Assembly: GCA_002269645.1 (NCBI GenBank)
Contig: NIVC01004743.1
Span: 1 to 36,450 of the forward strand
Direction of reading: 5' to 3'
Length of the DNA stretch: 36,450 bases
Origin: Macrostomum lignano
Lineage: Eukaryota
In this document: in pieces, positions 27,066 through 36,450 of the stretch
Layout of the letters: each line of letters starts with the position of its first letter
How positions within the stretch are numbered: position 1 is the stretch's first letter
Notes under the pieces: generated by a model
Databases searched by the model: none
What the model saw: only the letters and a program-made list of their open reading frames with translations
What the model was told of the DNA's origin: nothing
Position numbers and translations under genes: made by a program

Positions 27066-29657
27066 CTCAGGAACGGCAGAGATTTAGATAGCAGACTGAG
27101 AGATAAAGGCCTGTGTTCACATTAACGCTATAGTCAGCTGCGGGGGTCGAATATTGCTCAAATTAATATTAAAATTGGTCTGAATCAAATGCATTAATAT
27201 GAGCAATCTTTGACCCACACAGCTACTAGTATTAATGTGAAACGGCTTTAAGAAATGAATAATGAGCTTACAGCGTGGGACAAAGATTGATAGCAGAGAT
27301 TTCGGCCTGAAAACGTTAACTGTTTTCTTTTCACCGACACCAAAAAAATACAAAATGCAAGCTCTCTGACAATATCTAAACCGGTTGACGACGTTGACGT
27401 TAAAGTCTATCGGGTGGCTGTCCTAATCGTGTATGGCCTATGATTGACGTTTTCAAATCTCCATCTGATGCATAGTGTTATGTTATGATAGACTCATAGA
27501 CTCATTCTCTGTGTGTTTGATTTATGTCTATGGACACGACTAATAAACGAGTGTTAAAGAGCACTTATAACTACACAGCTGCTCTATATCCATACAAGCA
27601 TCTGGAAACATAAGACTTCTGTGTCGCAACACAACAGAGGGCCGACTGGCAGCCCAGATGAGTAGGGCACACGGGCGTCACGGTAGATGGTGACAATAGT
27701 GCTTATGTCATGCGGTGTTAAAAGTGTTTTCAAGGTCTTCCTTGCCTTACATGGCTCAATTGGTATGTACACGCGTGCGTGTAATGTTGGCACAGCAGAC
27801 TCCAGCTCCATCATACTTGACCTGATGAAGCCAACATATATAGATATTTATAACGGATTGTGGCTGATGCTACACAGTGTGGGGACTGGGGAGACACTGG
27901 AAGAGGACGGAGTGCCTCGTACCAGAAACGCAGAGAGTACCAATAGCCGGCCCCCATGCGTCTCGACTGCGTAATATGGTCTAATATATAGCAGACTGAC
28001 TCTAACACCACCCATCTTCCTTCATGCTGGCCGTGCTGCCACGATTCTGCAGTCAGGCCTTCTTGGTATCGCTTGTTTACTGGGCGCTGATTGGCTGCGG
28101 CTGCTTTGTTATTTTCCTCGCGGTGTCGTTGATTGGCTGGTGGGGGCAGGGGGGTTGAAGCTGCTGTTTGGGGCGGTGGGTGAGGGGGGATCTTAGCCTG
28201 CCCCTGCCCCCCTGTCCTAATTTGTTTACCACGGGGCCGGGCCCTCACTTTTGGTTTTGTTAGCTGTGCAGTCCTATTTACTGTCTCTTATTAGAACTGC
28301 AGGCATATGAGCTGATCTAATAAAACACGCCAGCGCGGCGAAGCGAGAAAATGTTCGCACTTCACAGCTTATCTTCAGCATCCAAAAAATTGGGCAATTA
28401 GCAGGACGCTAAAACTAAAACGGCCGCGAGGCTAAAGCCTTTGGACCAAGACCAAACACGAACGCCAAGGCCCACAACCCCACGCACGCATATAGTCAGC
28501 CCGGAGGCCAACCCCCAAAGCGACCCCCTCCTGGCTCTCCAAGAGCTCATGCAAAGTCAAGGCGACGCAAACAAATAGGGTTTTGTTAACTAATAAAACC
28601 AAAGCATAAAAGACGTAAAAGGCGCTTTGCCTATGGGCTCAGCGCTGCAAGAGAGTCGACCTCCAGTCAAGCAAATACAATACAACAATAATTAATTATG
28701 TTCACTTTGCTGACAACTGAGCTCACGAGCAAGGACCACTTGTAGGGGGGGGGGGGGCAAGCTATACCAAGCAACTACAACCCAACATTAGAAAATCTAA
28801 ACGCATAATCAGCCAATTTGGGCCATACATTTTTAGCCACGACAAAGGGTGGGGCAAGGACCGCTGTAGTATAACAGGACACGGGAAAAATTTCAAAGAT
28901 GGTGTAATTTTTTTAGGTCAACTTCGTGGAAAAATGGTGATAGGAAAAATCATTTTTTATCATATGATGATTGCCTTTGATCTAAAGCAGTGAAGATTAC
29001 CATTCTTTTAATTTAGCATCGAAGTCCATCGAAGCCACTCCAGAACATCCGGTCCGATTCGCTAAAACATTACTGGCTTTGTTTTACATTGCTTTCGTCA
29101 TCGCCTATATTGAAATGCTGCCGTCTCTGCCTGCCGCAGTCATGGCTTGTATTATTAGCGGGCTGAATGCTTCTTTTTCTAATCATCCTACTTTCTTATC
29201 TGTGCCTTCAGCTCTCTACGACTGCTTCGCTAACTGATGAAATTCTGGTGTACACATGGCCCCGTGCACCTTCACCTGTGACCTAAACTCAAAACTCTTT
29301 TAGGTCAGTTCGACCACCTCACTCTCAGCATGCAATTAGACACAAAGCCATGATGATAATATATTGTCTCGCCTCGCCGGGGACTTGGATGTGCTCACCT
29401 ATCCACTTCTGTCTCTGTCTCTCCTAATTTCTTTCCACAGAGAAGGACCGAAGAGCAACACAGCAATTTATTTTATAAAGTTGGCACACGTTCTGTATAA
29501 CAAGCAGCTGCTGTTACACAAAGAGAAAGTACTTATGCAAATTTTTTCTATTCTCTCCTCAAGCAAAACATTTTGAGCTCAAAAACATTCCCGCATGCAC
29601 TAACTCAAACTGCAGACAAAAGCAATAGAAGCTTGTTGCTATCATTTTAATACAGCC

Positions 29658-31190
29658 ATGCTCGACTTGCAGGCTGCATTCAGTGACATTGGCGGCTTCG
29701 GCCTCTACCAGGTTCTCGTCTGTATCGTCGGCTGCTTCACATTGATCTCCAGCGGGATGATCATCGCTGGTGGAGCTTTCCACAACCTCATGACCTGCAG
29801 CGCCAACGCGACTGCGGAAGACATTGTCTCCGCGGCCAACAGCAGCCAGCACGGCTTCACGACGTCCGTCAGCGCCGAGTACGGTCTCTGTGACAGTCAG
29901 GCTTCTCTCGGAGAGTTGTCCGCCGTCTTTCTGCTCGCCGGCTGCATCCCCGGCTCGTTGATGGCCGGTCCAGCAGCAGACAGCATCGGGCGAATTCCCG
30001 GACTGCTGATCGGCCTTTTGTGCACTCTGGCCACCAATCTGCTGGCCGCGCTAGCGCCGCAGTTCTGGCTGCACCTGGCCAGCCGTCTTGTCTGCGGCTT
30101 CTTCGTCAGCTGCACTCTCGGCTCAGTGTTTGTGTACGGCAACGAAGTGCTGCTGACGGAGCACCGGGGCAGATTCGTCAAGACGTACAACCTTGGCACT
30201 GCCATAGGTGGAATCCTGCTAGCTCTTCTGGCTTTTGTCCTACGAGACTACAAGTGGCTGATGATCGCTAACAGCTTCTTCATTATTCTGTCAATCTTTG
30301 TGGTCGCCTTCCTACCCGAGAGTCCGTCCTGGCTGCTCTCACAAAGAACGAAATCCGTCAAGAAGGTGAGGCGAGCGCTGCAGAAGATTGCATGGATCAA
30401 CAGGCGCCCATTACCAGAGAGTGTTCTCAGTCTGAGCTTGGGTAGTCAAGGTGAGGAGTCGCTGCAGCTCGAAGAGAACGGAGAGCTTCTCGACACTCAG
30501 CAAACCAAAGACCACAGGAGGCCTCGCTCGATACTGCGAGGGTCGCTGTGCACCTCCATCAAGAAACTGCTATCAGATAGGGTGTCGGTATTCCGCCTGC
30601 TGTCCACTTGCCTGTACAGTTTCAGCAGCGGCTTCGCCTACTACGGTTTCACGTTCGTGATCACCCACGCCGTGCCGAACATCTATATCACCTTCGCTCT
30701 CATGGCCGCTGTGGAGCCACCATCTCTGCTTCTCCTGAATACATTCAGTCGGGGCCGCACTCTGTTCGTTAGCGCGCTGGTCACCGTCGGCTGTTGTTTC
30801 TCCATCGGCATCATCTTCGCCACAGTGCCGGCAGCAGAAGACGGACAGCTCAGCATGATCGTCATCGTTCTTTTGGTCTTCCTGGCCGTGAGCGGCAAGT
30901 TCTTCTCGAACATCGCCTTCTGTGCCATCATGGCGGTCGGGGCAGAGATCTACCCGACAGCGGTACGCAACACGGGACTCGGGCTGCTGATGGCCACCCT
31001 GCGGACCGGCTGCATGCTGTCGCCGCTGGTGAACTTCATCCCCTACATGCCGGCCAGGTTCGCCACCCTCGGTCTCGCCTGTCTCGTTGCCGCCTTTCCG
31101 ACCCGCAGTCTGCCGGACACTCGCATCCAAGACCTGACCGAGACAGTGCCGACCGATGGGCCACAGCCGCCACCGCCATCCGTCGCTTGA
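29658..31190 (+). CDS. SLC22/OCT-like MFS transporter, copy 2 (510 aa, intronless CDS)
   Basis: Same motifs as copy 1 and largely identical at nucleotide level. A possible UTR acceptor TTTTAATACAG lies 2 nt before the ATG. Confidence 0.9.
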   Translation: MLDLQAAFSDIGGFGLYQVLVCIVGCFTLISSGMIIAGGAFHNLMTCSANATAEDIVSAANSSQHGFTTSVSAEYGLCDSQASLGELSAVFLLAGCIPGSLMAGPAADSIGRIPGLLIGLLCTLATNLLAALAPQFWLHLASRLVCGFFVSCTLGSVFVYGNEVLLTEHRGRFVKTYNLGTAIGGILLALLAFVLRDYKWLMIANSFFIILSIFVVAFLPESPSWLLSQRTKSVKKVRRALQKIAWINRRPLPESVLSLSLGSQGEESLQLEENGELLDTQQTKDHRRPRSILRGSLCTSIKKLLSDRVSVFRLLSTCLYSFSSGFAYYGFTFVITHAVPNIYITFALMAAVEPPSLLLLNTFSRGRTLFVSALVTVGCCFSIGIIFATVPAAEDGQLSMIVIVLLVFLAVSGKFFSNIAFCAIMAVGAEIYPTAVRNTGLGLLMATLRTGCMLSPLVNFIPYMPARFATLGLACLVAAFPTRSLPDTRIQDLTETVPTDGPQPPPPSVA

Positions 31191-32186
31191 AATTTTACAG
31201 AAAAATCAAAATAAGAATGCTGAGATAATATTGCACACGAATGAATCGATGGGACTAAAGAACTTTTTTGCGGGAAAAGAATTTCTCTACATGTACGAGT
31301 AGTACATATTATATAAACATAGCTGCCATACGAAAGAAAGCATTAGTGGGCGAAACGTTTTGTATTTTAAACGAAAGTCGGTTGCAGAGATATAAAAAAA
31401 CGCATACCAATAACATTTTTCTCCTTCTGCTTCCTCTCTCTGTCTCCATTTCCGGCTCCCTATTCGCCGCTTTTCGCCTGTGTATTTGCCTCTATCGCCC
31501 CTCTATCTCATTCTCTCTCAACACCTCTCTCAGAAACTCTGTTCTTAAACACTGAACAAGTTTCACGGGTTGATCTCCTGCCAGCGTGTTTAGCCATACA
31601 CATAGAAGGCTGCATGCACTGTGCGATTGTGCGATCCCGAGCCCAGTTGCCACCTGTAAACAACTGAGTGATCATGATGTATTTGGACGCGTGGATGCTC
31701 GATCTCTGTCTGCCTCTCTTTCCCCTTCCTCCCTACACTGACTCGCCCCTCGTATGGAGTCGTGATTTCAGTCCACAGGGTCCAAAGTTGAAAGGAGCAA
31801 CATATATGAGAGAGCTTAGCAATAAGAGAGCAGTCGCCAAAAGCGAGATAAGCGTTGAAACAAGCAGCTTCTGCTGCATTAAAAAGTATTTATGTAGCTT
31901 TTTCTCTTCTGGGTGCACAAATGTTGTTACTGACAGCTAGAATGAGTAGGAGGCGCACGTGAGCTAACCACAAGAGAGAGCAAAGGTAGAGCTCAAAGGG
32001 CGTTAGATAAATCATTATTTACTATCATGTGTAAATGACACTGAAAAGTGACTACTTTAAGCGATTGCGATCTGGAAAGCTCAATTACTAACAACATGTA
32101 CAAAACGCTGTGAAACAAATAAAACACAAAGTAAATAACAGAGCTTCCTGCTATCAGCCAGCTCGCGACCATCATTTCCTGATATA

Positions 32187-32213
32187 CTGCTGCTGCTGCT
32201 GCTGCTGCTGCTG
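32187..32213 (+). repeat. (CTG)9 immediately upstream of the copy 3 ATG
   Basis: Read directly; ends 2 nt before ATG 32216. Confidence 0.95.
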
Positions 32214-32215
32214 CA

Positions 32216-33724
32216 ATGCTTGACTTACAGACTACCTTCAACGACATCGGTGGCTTCGGCCTCTACCAACTGATCGTCTGCATTGTTGGCTGCTTAACCT
32301 GCGGCTTCTGTGGGATGATCATCGCAGGCAGTGCCTTCCACAACCTCATGACCTGCAGCGCCAACGCGACTGCGGAAGACATTGTCGCCGCGGCTAACAG
32401 CAGCCAGCACGGCTTCACGACGTCCGTCAGCGCCGAGTACGGTCTTTGTGACAGTCAGGCCTCTCTCGGTGAGTTATCCGGCGTTTTGCTGCTCGCAGGC
32501 TGTATCCCCGGTTCGCTGATAGCTGGCCCGGCCTCGGACAGCATGGGGCGAATTCCCGGACTGCTGATCGGCCTGTTGTGCACTCTGGCCACCAATCTGC
32601 TGGCCGCGCTAGCGCCGCAGTTCTGGCTGCACCTGGCCAGCCGTCTTGGCTGCGGATTCTTCGTCAGCTGCACCGTCGGTTCAATGTTTGTGTACGGCAA
32701 CGAGGTGCTGATGACGGAGCATCGGGACAGGTTTGTTAAGACTTTTAACCTTGGCACCACTGTGGGTGGCATCCTGCTGGCCTTTCTAGCCTTTTCCCTC
32801 CGAGACTACAAGTGGCTGATGATCGCTAACAGCTTCTTCATTATTCCGTCAATCTTTGTGGTCGCCTTCCTACCCGAGAGTCCGTCCTGGCTGCTCTCGC
32901 AAAGAACGAAATCCGTCAAGAAGGTGAGGCGAGCGCTGCAGAAGATTGCATGGATCAACAGGCGCCCATTGCCAGAGAGTGTTCTCAGTCTGAGCTCGGG
33001 TGGTCAAGGTGAGGAGTCGCTGCAGCTCGAAGAGAACGGAGAGCTTCTCGACACTCAGCAAACCAAAGACCATGGGAGGCCTCGCGCGATGCTGGGAGGG
33101 TCGCTCTGCACTGCCATCAAGAAACTGCTATCAGATAGGGTGTCGATATTCCGCTTGTTATCCACTTGCCTGTACAGTTTCAGCAGCGGCTTCGCTTACT
33201 ACGGCTTTCCATTCGTGATCACCCACGCCGTACCGAACATCTATATCACCTTCGCTCTCATGGCCGCTGTGGAGTCACCGGCTCTGCCATTGCTGAACAT
33301 ATTCAGTCGGGGCCGCACTCTGTTTTTCAGCGGGGTGGCAATCTTCTGCTGTTGCTTTTTTATCGGAATTATTTTTTTCGTTGTGCCTACACAGCTCAGC
33401 ACTGGTGTCATGGTTCTTTTGGTCTTCCTGGCCGTGAGTGGCAAGTTCTTCTCGAACATCGCCTTCTGTGCCATCATGGCGGTCGGGGCAGAGATCTACC
33501 CGACAGCGGTACGCAACACGGGACTCGGGCTGCTGATGGCCACCCTGCGGACCGGCTGCATGCTGTCGCCGCTGGTGAACTTCATCCCCTACATGCCGGC
33601 CAGGTTCGCCACCCTCGGTCTCGCCTGTCTCGTTGCCGCCTTTCCGACCCGCAGTCTTCCGGACACTCGCATCCAAGACCTGACCGAGACAGTGCCGACA
33701 GCTGCTGGTGGCGTTCGATTGTGA
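32216..33724 (+). CDS. SLC22/OCT-like MFS transporter, copy 3 (502 aa, intronless CDS)
   Basis: Same architecture. More divergent in TM1-2, TM5 and TM8-10, but near-identical to copies 1 and 2 in the loops and in TM10 end to TM12. Confidence 0.9.
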   Translation: MLDLQTTFNDIGGFGLYQLIVCIVGCLTCGFCGMIIAGSAFHNLMTCSANATAEDIVAAANSSQHGFTTSVSAEYGLCDSQASLGELSGVLLLAGCIPGSLIAGPASDSMGRIPGLLIGLLCTLATNLLAALAPQFWLHLASRLGCGFFVSCTVGSMFVYGNEVLMTEHRDRFVKTFNLGTTVGGILLAFLAFSLRDYKWLMIANSFFIIPSIFVVAFLPESPSWLLSQRTKSVKKVRRALQKIAWINRRPLPESVLSLSSGGQGEESLQLEENGELLDTQQTKDHGRPRAMLGGSLCTAIKKLLSDRVSIFRLLSTCLYSFSSGFAYYGFPFVITHAVPNIYITFALMAAVESPALPLLNIFSRGRTLFFSGVAIFCCCFFIGIIFFVVPTQLSTGVMVLLVFLAVSGKFFSNIAFCAIMAVGAEIYPTAVRNTGLGLLMATLRTGCMLSPLVNFIPYMPARFATLGLACLVAAFPTRSLPDTRIQDLTETVPTAAGGVRL

Positions 33725-34324
33725 AGAAAAGAGGCACGGTGAAAATGTACAGCATCCGAATTGACAGGCTTGATCCCAGCCGAAGCCACTTCTGGGACGT
33801 TTGCTTGTTAAATTTCTGCCATCAGGAGAGTCTAAAGTGAGATTGTAAATCGTGACGTGAGCCTCCGTTTCTCACCTCCCTTTGTCACAACCTAAAAATT
33901 CAGTCTTCTCATGAGAAATCAACCTGTCTGTTGATGAGTGATTCTGTTGCAGGTATTGCTTGCTGATCGCGGAAACATTTTTAATTAGAGATTTCCAGAA
34001 AAAGATTTTTGGTTTGCGGATGCGCTAAGCAGGCAAAATGTGTTCTGAGGACTGGCCATTTCGCCTCTTTCGGGTGGCTCCTTAGCAGTGTGGCGCTTGT
34101 CTACAAGCAGTTTTGCACAGCCTGGAGCAGATAGTCACTAATCTCCAAGCCGTTATATTTCTCAATGTTTGCAACTTTGCAATGTAAATTTATTTTTACG
34201 ACTATTTATCTTACTTATCTTATTTATCTTATCATTATTTATTTTCTTTATAATATATGTCTAGTCTTGTTTTAGCTATGTTAAACGACTACCATCAGAT
34301 TGGTATCATTACTATTATCATCAG

Positions 34325-36331
34325 AGCACCATTCCCCCAGATTAGCATCACTCCCCCAGATTAGCACCACTCCCCCAGATTAGCACCACTCCCCAAGATT
34401 AGCACCATTCCCCCAGATTAGCATCACTCCCCCAGATTAGCACCACTCCCCAAGATTAGCACCATTCCCCAGATTAGCATCACTCCCCCAGATTAGCACC
34501 ACTCCCAAGATTAGCACCACTCCCCAAGATTAGCACCACTCCCCAAGATTAGCACCATTCCCCCAGATTAGCATCACTCCCCCAGATTAGCACTACTCCC
34601 CTAGATTAGCACTACTCCTCCAGATTAGCACCACTCCTCCAGATTAGCACCACTCCCCAGATTAGCACCACTCCTCCAGATTAGCATCACTACCCCAGAT
34701 TAGCATCACTACCCCAGATTAGCACTACTCCCCCAGATTAGCACCACTCCCCCAGATTAGCACTACTCCCCCAGATTAGCACCACTCCCCCAGATTAGCA
34801 CTACTCCTCCAGATTAGCACCACTCCCCAGATTAGCACCACTCCCCCAGATTAGCACCACTCCCCCAGATTAGCACCACTCCCCCAGATTAGCACCACTC
34901 CTCCAGATTAGCACTACTCCCCTAGATTAGCACCACTCCTCCAGATTAGCACCACTCCCCCAGATTAGCACCACTCCTCCAGATTAGCACCACTCCTCCA
35001 GATTAGCATCACTACCCCAGATTAGCATCACTACCCCAGATTAGCACTACTCCCCCAGATTAGCACCACTCCCCAGATTAGCACTACCCCCAGATTAGCA
35101 CCACTCCCCAGATTAGCACTACTCCTCCAGATTAGCACCACTCCCCCAGATTAGCACCACTCCCCCAGATTAGCACCACTCCTCCAGATTAGCACTACTC
35201 CCCTAGATTAGCACCACTCCTCCAGATTAGCACCACTCCCCCAGATTAGCACCACTCCCCCAGATTAGCACCACTCATCCAGATTAGCACCACTCCCCCA
35301 GATTAGCACCACTCCCCCAGATTAGCACCACTCATCCAGATTAGCACCACTCCCCCAGATTAGCACCACTCCCCCAGATTAGCACCACTCCCCTAGATTA
35401 GCACCACTCATCCAGATTAGCACCACTTCCCCAGATTAGCACTACTCCCCCAGATTAGCACCACTCCCCCAGATTAGCACTACTCCCCCAGATTAGCACC
35501 ACCCCCAGATTAGCACCACTCCCCAAGATTAGCACCTGCACTCCCCAAGATTAGCACCTGCACTCCCCCAGATTAGCACTACTCCCCAAGATTAGCACCT
35601 GCACTCCCCAAGATTAGCACCTGCACTCCCCAGATTAGCACCACTCCCCTAGATTAGCACCACTCATCCAGATTAGCACCACTTCCCCAGATTAGCACCA
35701 CTCATCCAGATTAGCACCACTCCCCCAGATTAGCACCACTCCCCCAGATTAGCATCACTACCCCAGATTAGCACCACTACCCCAGATTAGCATCACTACC
35801 CCAGATTAGCACCACTCCCCCAGATTAGCACCACTACCCCAGATTAGAAACACTCCCCCAGATTAGAAACACTCCCCCAGATTAGAAACACTCCCCCAGA
35901 TTAGAACACTCCCCAGATTAGAAACACTCCCCAGATTAGAAACACTCCCCCAGATTAGAAACACTCCCCAGATTAGAAACACTCCCCCAGATTAGAAACA
36001 CTCCCCCAGATTAGAAACACTCCCCCAGATTAGAAACACTCCCCCAGATTAGAAACACTCCCCCAGATTAGAAACACTCCCCCAGATTAGAAACACTCCC
36101 CAGATTAGAAACACTCCCCCAGATTAGAAACACTCCCCCAGATTAGAAACACCCCCAGATTAGAAACACTCCCCAGATTAGAAACACTCCCCCAGATTAG
36201 AAACACTCCCCCAGATTAGAAACACTCCCCAGATTAGAAACACTCCCCCAGATTAGAAACACTCCCCCAGATTAGCACCACTCCCCCAGATTAGAAACAC
36301 TCCCCCAGATTAGAAACACTCCCCTAGATTA
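34325..36331. repeat. 19-bp minisatellite, ~105 copies
   Basis: Unit AGATTAGCACCACTCCCCC. A 22-bp CACCTGCACT variant occurs at ~35530-35630 and an AGATTAGAAACACTCCCCC variant from ~35841. Confidence 0.97.
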
Positions 36332-36450
36332 ACATTTACTCACAGCAGATTGGCACTGCTCTAGAATATTAACACAGTTCCAGCTAAATATCTTCTAATT
36401 CAAATGTAAAAATATTAAAGTGCGCTAGTAAAGCATTGATTCTGCATGGA

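Noticed and set aside
28745-28757. G13 homopolymer
   Set aside because: Isolated run with no associated structure; its length is unreliable in assemblies.
20661-33840. Antisense and alternate-frame ORFs overlapping the transporter genes (and likewise the GNAT genes)
   Set aside because: Shadow ORFs expected from GC-rich codon usage. They recur only because the sense genes are duplicated.

Overview
Eukaryotic (animal) genomic DNA with GC-rich exons, GT-AG introns, TTAGGG repeats and many short-unit minisatellites. The style resembles a flatworm such as Macrostomum, but that is inference only. Left to right: (1) 1-10.6 kb, four head-to-tail + strand paralogs encoding a two-domain protein. The N-domain is an SSAT/SAT-like GNAT acetyltransferase. 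The C-domain is a degenerate, Cys-rich SSAT-like copy lacking the acetyl-CoA loop and catalytic Tyr, suggesting a single-chain pseudo-dimer. Copy 1 is 5'-truncated by the window edge and copy 3 carries three 1-nt deletions. (2) 13.0-14.8 kb, terminal exon(s) of an unidentified minus-strand gene encoding a low-complexity protein. (3) 16-20 kb, a 2-kb hairpin satellite, a tRNA-derived SINE and an interstitial telomeric tract. (4) Three intronless SLC22/OCT-like MFS transporter ORFs (20.7, 29.7, 32.2 kb) with mosaic identity. Between copies 1 and 2 lie a degenerate non-LTR retrotransposon 3' end, a Crypton-like tyrosine-recombinase element with inverted repeats and an intron, and a CORE-type SINE. 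(5) A 2-kb 19-bp minisatellite at the right end. Most long ORFs in the ORF track over repeat arrays are artefacts. All family calls come from motif recognition by eye; no searches were run.
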